A DNA stretch of 64,000 nt from Candidatus Spongiisociaceae bacterium. GTDB taxonomy: Bacteria > Actinomycetota > Acidimicrobiia > Spongiisociales > Spongiisociaceae. The notes beneath the pieces are model-generated. The model was given only the letters and a program-made list of their open reading frames with translations, was not told where the DNA came from and made no database searches. Of this stretch, positions 22,520-32,196 are shown piece after piece (within the stretch, counting starts at the first letter, position 1; the number at the start of each line of letters is the position of its first letter). The position numbers were made by a program, and so were the translations under genes. The stretch is from assembly GCA_965219685.1 (NCBI GenBank), contig CBDCOH010000002.1, forward strand, positions 544,001 through 608,000. Reading direction: 5' to 3'.

Positions 22520-23325
22520 GTAGTGAAGGTCCGTTCCAACTCGGAGGGCCGGAACTCCCCTCTGCGTACCCCGAGAGGGTCGATGGTTCGCACCAGGTCG
22601 ATCTGCTCCCGGCTCGGTGTGGCCACCGTCTCGAGGTCCGTAGCCACCTCGAAGCCGAAGCCGGTGGCCGCCGAGACGTCGTCGAGCGTGACGTCGGGGA
22701 ACAGCTTCCGGAGCCGGGCACGGCCGCCGGGGAAGTCGAACACCCCCAATTCGGTCACCAGGGTCTCGGGTCCACCTCCCGTGTAGCCCAGGTCGGCCCT
22801 CGTTCCCTCGGGTGTCCGGTGGCCGATGTCGGTGATGAAGTCACACGCCTCGACCAGGCAGCGGCCCGGTCGGTGGTTGGTGCTCCACAGGGTGAGTCGG
22901 CCGATGGTCGCCGATATGTTGCAGCCTCCGCCTCCGCCCCCCAGCTTCACCTTGGGGGTCGGCATCGAGCCGATCGAGGTGACGTTGGTGTTCCCGTAGG
23001 GGTCGATCTGGATGCCGGACAGGAACATGTGGTCGACCTCGCCCCGCACCGACATGTCGAACGCCTCAGCGAACCTCATCGAGTACACGGCGCCCTGCCT
23101 GAGGGAGTGGTCGTTGCTGGTGGGCGGGATGAAGGCCGGGGAGGGATTCACCGCGTACATGGCGCCCTCGATCAGCAGTGCCGAGGGGGCGTGGGTTCGC
23201 TTGGCCAGGTGCATGGCGACCGTGGCGCAAGGGCTCCCGAAGCCGTGGAAAGTGACCTCCCCGTCCCGGACAGTCCGGGCGAGTTCCACCACGAAGAACT
23301 CGTCGAAGCTGAACCGTTGGCTCAC
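22516..23325 (-). CDS. CoA-transferase beta subunit (glutaconate CoA-transferase-like)
   Basis: QIDPYGNTN, GGGGGCN, LVTELGVFDF, DVSAATGF; GTG 23325 overlaps the alpha stop (ATG 23343 is an alternative start). Confidence 0.88.
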   Translation of the reverse strand: MSQRFSFDEFFVVELARTVRDGEVTFHGFGSPCATVAMHLAKRTHAPSALLIEGAMYAVNPSPAFIPPTSNDHSLRQGAVYSMRFAEAFDMSVRGEVDHMFLSGIQIDPYGNTNVTSIGSMPTPKVKLGGGGGGCNISATIGRLTLWSTNHRPGRCLVEACDFITDIGHRTPEGTRADLGYTGGGPETLVTELGVFDFPGGRARLRKLFPDVTLDDVSAATGFGFEVATDLETVATPSREQIDLVRTIDPLGVRRGEFRPSELERTFTT

Positions 23326-24236
23326 CCGAACAGGTCCATCCATTCCGCGGTGGAGGAGGAATACCGGGCGAGCCGGTCGAGGCGGTCGTACCCGACCCGG
23401 TCCCGGTAGGCGTCTTCATCGATCTCGGTAACGAAGGTCCGCAGGTACTCGTCGGCGCCCGAAGGGGTCTTGGCGGCGGCCACCCAGGCGGAGATGTGTT
23501 CGCGGTCGTACGCATACCCCGGGTAGCAGGAACTCGGATGGGCACCATACGGAACCTCCGCCACGGCCGCGACCCGGTAGAACGGGATCACGATGCCGGC
23601 CTCGGCGACCTCCCCGGTTGACGCTATCCGATCGACTGTCGCCACCACCATCTTCGAGGCCTTGGCGAAGTGCTCGTCGAGGACGTAGGGCTGTTCCAGG
23701 GCCAGGTTGCCTTCCCGGTCGCCCAGGGGCGCGTGGATGAGGGCCACGTCCGGCGCCATCGGCGGCACGGCTACGAAGGTGTTGCCGGTGAACGGGCAGG
23801 TGACCCTGCCGTACTCGGGATGGAGCGCCTCGATATCGGTCCCTTTCACTCCGTGGACCGGTAGGAAAGGTAGGGCCATCTCGGCGGCCCGGAGTTGGGT
23901 GAGGATGGTGTCGCAGCAACTCTCCCGGGCCTCGAGGGATCCCTCCTGAGCGGCTCTCCGGAAGGCGGGTGCCAATCCGTGGTCCTGCTCGTACCCGACG
24001 TAGCTCTCCTCGCAGACGGAGATCGATCCCGCCGCGGCCAGCAGGTCCACATCGATGGAATGGGCCGAACCCACCACATGGAGATCGCCGATCCCCATCC
24101 TGATCAACTGCCGCACGAGAGCCATGGGGAGCCGGGCGGAGAGTCCCCCTCCGAGCGCAACCATCGATCCCGGCTGGACCAACCGGGCGGCTTCCTCCAA
24201 TCCCGTGTACTTGTCCGGTGCGAGGTGTATGCCCAT
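23322..24236 (-). CDS. CoA-transferase alpha subunit
   Basis: VALGG, PMALVRQLIR, LRAAEMALPFLP, CPFTG, PDVALIHA, GAHPSSC. Confidence 0.9.
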   Translation of the reverse strand: MGIHLAPDKYTGLEEAARLVQPGSMVALGGGLSARLPMALVRQLIRMGIGDLHVVGSAHSIDVDLLAAAGSISVCEESYVGYEQDHGLAPAFRRAAQEGSLEARESCCDTILTQLRAAEMALPFLPVHGVKGTDIEALHPEYGRVTCPFTGNTFVAVPPMAPDVALIHAPLGDREGNLALEQPYVLDEHFAKASKMVVATVDRIASTGEVAEAGIVIPFYRVAAVAEVPYGAHPSSCYPGYAYDREHISAWVAAAKTPSGADEYLRTFVTEIDEDAYRDRVGYDRLDRLARYSSSTAEWMDLFG

Positions 24237-24240
24237 CCGA

Positions 24241-25008
24241 CTACTGGGCGGTCATGCCGCCGTCGACGGTGAAGATGGAACCGGTGACGAAGCTCGCCTC
24301 GTCGGACGCGAGGAAGAGGGCGGCCCGGGCGATCTCGGACGGTTCGCCGATCCGTCCGATCGGGTACTTGGTGGCGGTCATGGCCAGCCCGCGTTCGAGA
24401 TCTCCCTGGCCCCGTTCCAGCATGAGGGGCTCCATCAGGGGGGTGTAGACGGTTCCGGGGCAGAGGGCGTTCACCCGTATCCCCAGCGGTGCCAGGTCGA
24501 CTGCCATGGATCGGGTCAGCGACACCACGGCGCCCTTGGCCGCGCAGTAGGCGGCGAACCCCTGGACTCCGACCAGCGCCGCCACCGACGCCTGGTTCAC
24601 GATCGAGCCTCCGCCGGCGGCCTCCAGATGGGGTATCGCGGCCCGGGAAACCAGGAAGGTTCCCTTCACGTTCACGTCGAAGCACCGGTCCCAGTTCTCC
24701 TCGGTGGCGCTCGCCACCGACCCCGAGGAGCCGACCCCGGCGTTGTTATAGACGATGTCCAGCCGACCCAGAGCGCGGGCTGCCGAGTCGACGGCTTGCG
24801 ATACCTGGGCATCCGACGACACGTCGGCGACGAAAGCCCGAGCGGTCCCGCCGGCGACGCGGATGGCGGAGGCGGTGGCCTCGGCAGCGTCGTGGTCGAT
24901 GTCCACGACGGCGACAACTGCTCCCTCACCGGCGAATACCTCGGCCGTCGCCCTCCCTATTCCGGAGCCGGCCCCGGTGATCAACGCGCTGCGCCCTGCA
25001 AGCCTCAT
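24241..25008 (-). CDS. xecE: SDR, probable 2-(S)-hydroxypropyl-CoM dehydrogenase
   Basis: TGAGSGIG, NNAG, AYCAAKGA, CPGTV, KYPIGR, VDGGMTA; resembles S-HPCDH as recalled; cluster context. Confidence 0.65.
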   Translation of the reverse strand: MRLAGRSALITGAGSGIGRATAEVFAGEGAVVAVVDIDHDAAEATASAIRVAGGTARAFVADVSSDAQVSQAVDSAARALGRLDIVYNNAGVGSSGSVASATEENWDRCFDVNVKGTFLVSRAAIPHLEAAGGGSIVNQASVAALVGVQGFAAYCAAKGAVVSLTRSMAVDLAPLGIRVNALCPGTVYTPLMEPLMLERGQGDLERGLAMTATKYPIGRIGEPSEIARAALFLASDEASFVTGSIFTVDGGMTAQ

Positions 25009-25076
25009 CTCCGTCCGATCCTAGGCATTCCAGGCCGGCAGGCATATTCTGGGGCCGGTTGTCGATGGAGGTGAGC

Positions 25077-25817
25077 ATGTCCGATGGTTCCGGAACGGTG
25101 GCGGTGGTGACCGGAGGCGGGTCCGGGATAGGTCGAGCGACCTGCGCCCGCCTTCGCCAGGAAGGATTCAGGCTAGGCGTGCTCGATCTCGATGCCGAGA
25201 GCGCCGCCGATTCGGCCGGGCGAGGCATCGGTCTCGGGGTCGACGTTTCGGATCCGGGGGCGGTGTCGGAGGCGTTCGCCACCATCGGGAAGGAACTGGG
25301 TCCGGTCGAGGTGCTGGTCAACAACGCCGGCATCACCGGCTCCGCAGCCGCGGGCCGGCTCCATGACACTCCGCTGGAGGAGTGGGACCGGGTGATGGCG
25401 GTCAACGTGAGGGGCGTCTACCTGTGTTCGCGGGCCGCCCTCGATTCGATGGTCCCGCGCCGGTCGGGGCATATCATCACGATCGCCTCGGTAGCGGGGA
25501 TGGTTCCATTCCCCGCCCGCTCGGTGTACTCGGTGTCCAAGGCCGCTGCTCTCCTGCTGGCCCGCTCCATCGCGGCCGACTACGCGGCCGACGGGATACG
25601 GTCGAATGCGATCTGTCCGGGCATGGCGGAGACTCCGATGACCAAGTGGCGGCTCGACCAGCCGGAGCTTCGAGCAGCGATCGAAGCCCGGATTCCCATA
25701 GGCAGGGTGGCCCAGCCGGAGGACATTGCCGATGCGGTAGTTCTCCTGGCCTCCGGCCGTCTCTCCTACATGACCGGACACGGCTTGGTCGTCGACGGTG
25801 GATGGACCGTCCGGTAG
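25077..25817 (+). CDS. xecD: 2-(R)-hydroxypropyl-CoM dehydrogenase
   Basis: VNNAGITG..AG.LH.TP, VMAVNVRG, FPARSVY, CPGMAETPMTKWRLDQPELR; both sulfonate-binding Arg positions are present as recalled. Confidence 0.85.
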   Translation: MSDGSGTVAVVTGGGSGIGRATCARLRQEGFRLGVLDLDAESAADSAGRGIGLGVDVSDPGAVSEAFATIGKELGPVEVLVNNAGITGSAAAGRLHDTPLEEWDRVMAVNVRGVYLCSRAALDSMVPRRSGHIITIASVAGMVPFPARSVYSVSKAAALLLARSIAADYAADGIRSNAICPGMAETPMTKWRLDQPELRAAIEARIPIGRVAQPEDIADAVVLLASGRLSYMTGHGLVVDGGWTVR

Positions 25818-26171
25818 GGAGGTCCGCGAACACCAACTGCCGGGGAGGAGTCGCGACGGGCAATCCCCGTTAACGGATCAAGCCCTCCAACCGATCCCAC
25901 AGCCTCAATGTCTGCTTGCCCGAACAGACCTTTTGCGCATCTCTAACCCGCCTGTGAAAAGCCATATGGCGCGGACGGCAGCATTGGCCGGGATGACGGC
26001 GGTTGTCCAGCTTCGGAGGACGATTCCGGCCAGGGCACATCTCCGGTTTGGTAGCCTGAAGCCGCCGACAGCGTCGCGGGCCACGTAAGACGAGCCGCCG
26101 TGAGGAGGTATGGAGGAAACCAAAGCCCGGCCGCTGTCTACCCGATGCTTGCTTCGAGAGATGGAGGAGAC

Positions 26172-27278
26172 ATGCAGATCAAGGGTGAAGAGGTACTGAT
26201 CCCGACCTCGATGGTGGGGAACTATCCCAACCCGCGCTGGTGGGATGCCCAATGCGTACGCGAGTGGACCGGAGACCAGGAGCCGCCCGACGCCTTTATC
26301 CGGGAGGCCTTGGAGGACGCAGCGGCTGCGCTGGCCAAGGACCAGGAGAACGCCGGTCTCGACATCATCACCGACGGTCGTCTCCACGGTGACAACTACG
26401 CGGACCAGGCCCTCTACTACTACTACAAACGTCTCGGCTACGACCTCAAGGGTGGCTTCCTTGGGTTCCCGATCTACAGCCGGCTCCATGCCGGGACTCT
26501 CACCCAGGAGGTGAAGCGGCGGGGCGCCATCATGGTGGAGCAGGCCAGGGCGCTGAAGCGGGCCACCAACAAGGCCACCAAGGTCCAGTACACCGGGATC
26601 CAGGTGTTGGCCCAGGCCACCAACGACCTCCACTACGAGGCCGCCGAGGACCGGGCAATGGCGATCGCCGACGCCGTCAACGAGGACATCCTCGAAGTGG
26701 ACGCCATGGGGATCGACTTCATCCAGTTGGACGAGTTCACCTGGCCGTACTTCTACGAGCCCTGGGCCATCGAGGCCTTCAACCGGGCTGTGGCGGGCGT
26801 CCAGAACGCCAAGATCATCGTCCACATCTGCTGGGGGAACTGGGGCGGAACTCCCGCCTACTTCCCCGACGACACGGCGGGGGCGGGAGAGATCTTCGAC
26901 CTGACCATCCGTGAAGGCGATGAGCCATCGGCGACCGCCTCGGTGATCCCGGCCTCTTACGACGCCAACATCGACGTTCTCAACCTGGAGAACTGCGGTA
27001 GGCGCTCGGATGACCTGTCCGGTCTCGAGGTCGTGAGGAACAACCCGGTGCCCGAGAACGTCCAGTTCTGGGCGGGGGTGATCGACGTCAAGTCGACGAT
27101 CACCGAGACCGCCGAACAGGTGGCGGGGCGGATCCGCAGGTTGCTCGAGTACGTGCCCGCCGACCAGTTGGGCGTCACCACCGACTGCGGCCTGATCCTG
27201 CTGCAACGCTACATCGCGCAGGACAAGCTGCACGCGATGGTGTCCGGAGCGGAGCTCGTTCGCAGCGAACTCGGCTGA
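26172..27278 (+). CDS. xecA: Epoxyalkane:coenzyme M transferase (2-hydroxypropyl-CoM lyase)
   Basis: IPTSMVGNYPNPRWWD, WTGDQEPPD, HGDNYADQALYYYY, Zn ligands HICWGN and TTDCG; GGAGG RBS before ATG 26172. Confidence 0.95.
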   Translation: MQIKGEEVLIPTSMVGNYPNPRWWDAQCVREWTGDQEPPDAFIREALEDAAAALAKDQENAGLDIITDGRLHGDNYADQALYYYYKRLGYDLKGGFLGFPIYSRLHAGTLTQEVKRRGAIMVEQARALKRATNKATKVQYTGIQVLAQATNDLHYEAAEDRAMAIADAVNEDILEVDAMGIDFIQLDEFTWPYFYEPWAIEAFNRAVAGVQNAKIIVHICWGNWGGTPAYFPDDTAGAGEIFDLTIREGDEPSATASVIPASYDANIDVLNLENCGRRSDDLSGLEVVRNNPVPENVQFWAGVIDVKSTITETAEQVAGRIRRLLEYVPADQLGVTTDCGLILLQRYIAQDKLHAMVSGAELVRSELG

Positions 27279-27292
27279 CATCTCTTGAACGC

Positions 27293-27324
27293 GCAGGACC
27301 GTCCCTTAGCCGGGACGGTCCTGC
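27293..27324 (+). terminator. Perfect 13-bp hairpin after xecA (terminator or mRNA stabiliser)
   Basis: GCAGGACCGTCCC-ttagcc-GGGACGGTCCTGC followed by cgttt. Confidence 0.75.
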
Positions 27325-27375
27325 CGTTTGCAGGTACAATCGCCATATGGACACGGCATCACGGATCGCATTGCC

Positions 27376-28287
27376 ATGGTTGTAGCCGAAACGCCGACCC
27401 CGAACGCCCGCGCCCACCCATACCGGGGGCTCTCGGTCCAGCATGTGGACCAGGTACCGGAGCCTGCGTTCATGGTCGATTACCTGATGGGCCGGGAGGT
27501 GTACCGCCGCACCGACTACCTGGCGCTCGTCCACGAGGGGTCGGTGGGGTTGGCGGCCGTGGCACGCCAGGAGAACGACGAACTGTTCCAGACCGTCGTG
27601 GACGTCGAGGTGTGGTCGGGCCCCGACCGGACGATGCTGATCGAGGATCCGGCGGTGGACGTAGGGAACGCCACCGCGCTCGCCGGGGCCGCGGCTGGCC
27701 GGGGACGTCCCGGTATGTCGGGATTCGTGGTGAAGGGGATGTTCGAGCACATCAACTTCATCTGGGAACCCGACCCCGTCCGGATCCGGGTCACGGAGGT
27801 CACGCCCCCCGAGCCGCCCAAGTTGCTGCGCCAGGCCCAGCAGGTCGTCGACTTCGACGAGGATCTCCCCCCGGTGGAGTTGGTGCTCGACTCGGTCAAC
27901 TTCCCCGATCTCGCGGCCACGGTTCCCGCCGATTCCTACCTGCTTCCCTGCCGGGGAGCCGGGACGGAGCTTGACGGTGACATGTCGTACCTGGACACCC
28001 GGCCGGCGACACGCGAGGAGTGGGTGATGATCGGATGCGAGCGATCCATGCAGTTCCACCGCCACTTCTACGGCGACGAGCCTCGCCAGGTCGACATATG
28101 TCCCCGCAAGCGGGTGGAGAAGGAAGCCTCCGGAGATCGATGGCTGGTCAAATGCTGCATGCTGGAGCGAGGCATGGAGTTCGCCGACAACCGCGCAATA
28201 GTGCCCTGGGGAGCGAATCTTGATGAGGTACGGCACGCGCTCCGTCTTCTGACCGGAGTGGAGGCCGTGGCTCCCGTTCCGGGATGA
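27376..28287 (+). CDS. Cys-containing conserved protein heading the CoM biosynthesis operon (candidate XcbA)
   Basis: YRGLSV, EHINFI, LLPC, GCERS, DICP, KCC, VPWGA; translationally coupled to the next gene. Confidence 0.6.
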   Translation: MVVAETPTPNARAHPYRGLSVQHVDQVPEPAFMVDYLMGREVYRRTDYLALVHEGSVGLAAVARQENDELFQTVVDVEVWSGPDRTMLIEDPAVDVGNATALAGAAAGRGRPGMSGFVVKGMFEHINFIWEPDPVRIRVTEVTPPEPPKLLRQAQQVVDFDEDLPPVELVLDSVNFPDLAATVPADSYLLPCRGAGTELDGDMSYLDTRPATREEWVMIGCERSMQFHRHFYGDEPRQVDICPRKRVEKEASGDRWLVKCCMLERGMEFADNRAIVPWGANLDEVRHALRLLTGVEAVAPVPG

Positions 28288-29630
28288 GCATCCACCTAGC
28301 CGACTCGGTCGTATACGGCCATCTGTGGGCCACCGACGAGGTGAGGGCGATCCTGGGAGATGAGGCCCGGTTCCGAGCCTGGTTGGACATCCTGGCCACG
28401 CTCGCCGAAGCCCAGGCCGAGGTCGGACTGGTCCCCGAGTCCGCCGCGGCGCTCATAAGGGAACATGCTCGGACCGCCGAGATCGACCTCGAACGGATAG
28501 GGGCGGAGACCAGGGCCACCGGCCACTCAACCCTGGGGCTGATCCGGGTCCTGCGCGCCACGCTGCCCGAGCCGGCCCGCGAGTGGGTCTACTACGGCGC
28601 CACCGTCCAGGACCTTACGGATACGTGGACCTCCACCGTCATGCGATCGGTGGGCGACCTGCTGGAGCGGGACCTGGCTCGCATCGAAGCGGCTGCCGTG
28701 GCTCTCGCCCGGGACCACCGGAACACCCCGATGATGGGCCGCACCCATGCCCAGCCGGCCATCCCGATCCCGTTCGGATTCAAGGCCGCGGTCTGGGCCT
28801 CGGAGATCGCTCGTCACCGCCGCCGGCTCGAGGCAGGGCGGGAGCGCTGGGAAGTGGTGCAGTTGGGCGGGGCGCTGGGAACGATGGAGTTCTGGGGCGA
28901 CCGTGCGCTGCCGTTGCTCGACGAGTTCGCACGCCGCATGGGCCTCGGCGTTCCATCGATACCTTGGATAACCAGCCGGGACGGCCCCGCCGAGTTCACC
29001 CATCTGCTCGCCATGACGGCAACCACCATCGCCAAGGTCGGCAACGAGATCATGGAGCTGCAGAGGCTCGAGTTGGGCGAGGTACGGGAACCGTTCATCG
29101 AGGGAACGGTCGGGAGCATCACCATGCCCCAGAAGCGCAACCCGGAACTGTCGGAGCACCTGGACACCCTCGCCCGACTCGTACGGGCGGACGCCGGGGT
29201 GGTTACGGAGGCGATGATCCAACTACACGAGCGGGACGGGCGGAGCTGGAAGGCCGAGTGGATCGCGATCCCGGAAGCCTGCGCCATGACCCTTTCCGCC
29301 ACCCGCTACGCAGCGGTCCTGGTGGAGGGCCTGGAGGTGGAAGCCGGCCGGATGATGGCCAACATCGAGGCGCGGAAGGGGTACGTGTTCGCGGAGCCGG
29401 TGATGCGATATCTCGCCGATCGGGTCGGCAAGCACACGGCGCATGACATCGTGTACGACGCCGCCATGCGGGGATTCGAGCAGGGTCTTACCTTCGCCGA
29501 GGCGATCCTGGGCGATCCGCGGGTCCCCGCCTACCTGGACCGGCGACGGATCGACGAGTTGGCCGACATCGATCGGGTGATGGGCGCCGGGCCGGAGTTC
29601 GTCGACCGGGTCGTTCGGGAAGCGGATTGA
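28284..29630 (+). CDS. Adenylosuccinate lyase-family enzyme (candidate XcbD, CoM biosynthesis)
   Basis: GATVQD, MGRTHAQPA, GSITMPQKRNP, HERD; operon context. Confidence 0.8.
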   Translation: MSIHLADSVVYGHLWATDEVRAILGDEARFRAWLDILATLAEAQAEVGLVPESAAALIREHARTAEIDLERIGAETRATGHSTLGLIRVLRATLPEPAREWVYYGATVQDLTDTWTSTVMRSVGDLLERDLARIEAAAVALARDHRNTPMMGRTHAQPAIPIPFGFKAAVWASEIARHRRRLEAGRERWEVVQLGGALGTMEFWGDRALPLLDEFARRMGLGVPSIPWITSRDGPAEFTHLLAMTATTIAKVGNEIMELQRLELGEVREPFIEGTVGSITMPQKRNPELSEHLDTLARLVRADAGVVTEAMIQLHERDGRSWKAEWIAIPEACAMTLSATRYAAVLVEGLEVEAGRMMANIEARKGYVFAEPVMRYLADRVGKHTAHDIVYDAAMRGFEQGLTFAEAILGDPRVPAYLDRRRIDELADIDRVMGAGPEFVDRVVREAD

Positions 29631-30574
29631 AGCTTCCTTACAGAGCGCCGCTGGCCAACCTGCCCACGCCCCTGGTGGCTGCCCCGCGCCTGTCCGAGGA
29701 GATCGGCGTCGAGGTCCTACTGAAGCGGGATGACCTGACCGGCGTAGGTCTCGGAGGCAACAAGGCGCGGGCGGTCGAGTTCCACGTCGGAGCCGCGGAA
29801 GTTGCAGCAACCGATGTTTTCCTGACCGGAGGTGGACCCAGATCCAATTGGGTACTGACCGCCGCATCGGGCGCCGTCCAGCGGGGCTTGGCGGTTGAAC
29901 TGGTGATGTTCGGGGATCGGCCCCCGCCGGGCCGGGGGAGCCTCGACCTGCTGGATCGGTTGGAAGGAGTGAGGGTGACCTTCACGGGCAATCCGGCTCG
30001 TCTATCGGTCGATCCCGTCCTGGAGTCCCTGTTCGAACGGCTAGGGGATGCGGGGCGCCGGCCGTATGCGGTGGGCCGGGGCGGAGCGGACCCGGTCGGC
30101 GCCCTCGGCTACCTGGCGGCGGTGGATGAACTCGAGATGCAGCTGGAACGGATGGGGATGGCCGCGGGTACCGTCTGGCTGGCAACCGGGTCGTGCGGTA
30201 CCCAGGCCGGACTGGTAGCGGGCTACCGGAGGCGTTCCATGGCACCCCGCATTGTCGGGGTGTCCGTGCATCGCCCCGTCGACGAATGCAGGCGGCGGAT
30301 CCGGAGGATCTCCGATTCGACCCTGGACATGCTTGCTGTCCAGGAGCGGAACGAGGTCGCTTGGGAGGTGCTCGACGAGCGTGAACCCGATCCCGCGGAG
30401 GTCGAGAAGGCCGCATCGCTCATGGCCAGGACCGAAGGAGTGTTCCTGGATCCCGAGTACGGGTCTCCGGCTCTCGCGGCGCTCGTCAGGGAGAAGTCCG
30501 GCCTGGCTCATCCGATCGTGTTCCTGGTGACCGGTGGAACCCTCAACCTGTTCCTAGGGAGTTCGGCGGCGTGA
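29627..30574 (+). CDS. PLP-dependent D-cysteine desulfhydrase/ACC deaminase family (candidate XcbE)
   Basis: PTPL, KRDDLTG, GGNKAR, GSCGTQAG, EGVFLDPEY. Confidence 0.85.
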   Translation: MKLPYRAPLANLPTPLVAAPRLSEEIGVEVLLKRDDLTGVGLGGNKARAVEFHVGAAEVAATDVFLTGGGPRSNWVLTAASGAVQRGLAVELVMFGDRPPPGRGSLDLLDRLEGVRVTFTGNPARLSVDPVLESLFERLGDAGRRPYAVGRGGADPVGALGYLAAVDELEMQLERMGMAAGTVWLATGSCGTQAGLVAGYRRRSMAPRIVGVSVHRPVDECRRRIRRISDSTLDMLAVQERNEVAWEVLDEREPDPAEVEKAASLMARTEGVFLDPEYGSPALAALVREKSGLAHPIVFLVTGGTLNLFLGSSAA

Positions 30575-32172
30575 GCGCGCGGCCGGAGGAGGAACTAGGG
30601 GCGGAGGTAGACCGCCTCCTGGCGGTGATCGAGGGCGGCGTGTTCGGGGGCGCCGATCCGGCGACCGCGGCCGCCATCGAGGCTCCCGAGGGATACCTCG
30701 GGGCGGAGGGGCGATTGGGGTCAGGTCCATCTCCGGCCCTGGTCGACGCCGGCTACCGCTTGGAAGTGGCAGATGCCCGTATCCTTCACGAGGGTTTGTG
30801 TCTGGCCGACCTCGCCCACGTTCTGGAACTGGTGGATGCGGAGGTCGCCCCGAGGAGGGCGGCGGCCCGGTTGTGCCGCGTGCTTCTCGATTTCCTCTCC
30901 ACCCCGGTGGAGTCCTTCCCCTACGACCCCTTGTACGGCGATGCGTACAACAGCCGGGAACGGGAGCTGGAACGCCGGATCGGTGCGGCCGCAGGATGGC
31001 TCCCGACCGGGCGCACCCGTCGCGAGGCAGGACGCCTCGCGATCCGCCTCGCCCTCCGCAGCCGCATCCTTGATCTTCACACGGCGGTCGCGGGCCTTGC
31101 CACCAGGCTCGTGCAGAGGGCGCTGGAATTGGCGTCCGTCCCGTGGAACGACACCACATACCTGCAACCTGCCCAGCCTTCCTCGTTCGGCTACTACCTG
31201 GCCGGCTTCGCCGAACAGGCCATTCGGGACCTCCAACGTGTCCGGAGTTGCCACCGGTGGGCGAACCTCTCGCCGGGCGGTTCCGGTGGCGTGGGTGGGA
31301 CTTCCATCCCCCTGAGCCGGGGGAGGATCTCGGACCGGCTGGGATTCCGCCGGCCGACACGCCACATCCGCGACGGCATGTGGTCGGCCGACGGGATGGT
31401 CGATTGCACGGTCGCCGCGACCCAGGCGGTCATGAACGCCGACCGCCTCGCCGAGGACCTCGAGGTGTTCGCCACGCCCCAGTTCGGTTACGTAGCCCTG
31501 GGAGGTTCCTCGTCGAGGGCCTCGGTGTTGCTTCCCCAGAAGCGCAACCCGTACGCCTTGGCGGTGATCCGGGGAGGCTGCGGGACGCTGATCGGCAGAT
31601 CCACCGGTCTGATGAGCACGCAGCGGACCCCGTCGGCCCGAACCGACAACTGGCTCTACGCCTACGGCGAAGTCACCGGCTCCGTGGAGCTGGCGGGTTG
31701 CCTGTTGCGCTTGGCGGCCGATGTCGTCACGACCATGGAGGTCGACGTCGGGAGGTTGGCGGACTCTGCGGGCGACAACTTCACCACTGCCACCGACCTC
31801 ACCGAACTCCTGGTGCTCGAGCGCGGCCTGGACTACCGGAGCGCGTACCGCATCGTCGGGCGGGCGGTGGCGAACGTGTCCGAACGCGAGGGGACCAGGG
31901 TGGCCGCCGTGGACCTGGAACGGGCGGCGGGGGAGTGCGGGATCGATCTCTCCGGTCTCTCCTCGGCGGTCGAGCGGGCGGGCGATGTCGACGCCCTCAT
32001 CTCGTCGCGCGGCTCTCCCGGAGGGTCGGCCCCCAACCGGGTGGCGGAGCATTGCGGATCGGTACTCGAGCGGGTTCGGGGAGCCCTAGAGTGGGCTCAA
32101 GCTGCCAGGCACGCCCACGAGTCGGCGACCACCCGGCTGCTGGCGGAGGCTTCGGCCTTGGCAGAGCGGTGA
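30571..32172 (+). CDS. Argininosuccinate lyase-family enzyme (candidate XcbC, phosphosulfolactate phosphate-lyase)
   Basis: GRTRRE, TYLQPAQP, ASVLLPQKRNP (degenerate SSxMPxKxNP), YRSAYRIVG. Confidence 0.8.
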   Translation: MSARPEEELGAEVDRLLAVIEGGVFGGADPATAAAIEAPEGYLGAEGRLGSGPSPALVDAGYRLEVADARILHEGLCLADLAHVLELVDAEVAPRRAAARLCRVLLDFLSTPVESFPYDPLYGDAYNSRERELERRIGAAAGWLPTGRTRREAGRLAIRLALRSRILDLHTAVAGLATRLVQRALELASVPWNDTTYLQPAQPSSFGYYLAGFAEQAIRDLQRVRSCHRWANLSPGGSGGVGGTSIPLSRGRISDRLGFRRPTRHIRDGMWSADGMVDCTVAATQAVMNADRLAEDLEVFATPQFGYVALGGSSSRASVLLPQKRNPYALAVIRGGCGTLIGRSTGLMSTQRTPSARTDNWLYAYGEVTGSVELAGCLLRLAADVVTTMEVDVGRLADSAGDNFTTATDLTELLVLERGLDYRSAYRIVGRAVANVSEREGTRVAAVDLERAAGECGIDLSGLSSAVERAGDVDALISSRGSPGGSAPNRVAEHCGSVLERVRGALEWAQAARHAHESATTRLLAEASALAER

Positions 32173-32196
32173 CGGACTCGCGGTTGGGAGGTAACC

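Noticed and set aside
26172-27278. Cobalamin-independent methionine synthase
   Set aside because: Same fold, but the sequence and neighbours match epoxyalkane:CoM transferase.
28284-32172. Housekeeping purB and argH
   Set aside because: Degenerate signature loops and CoM-cluster context indicate specialised paralogues.
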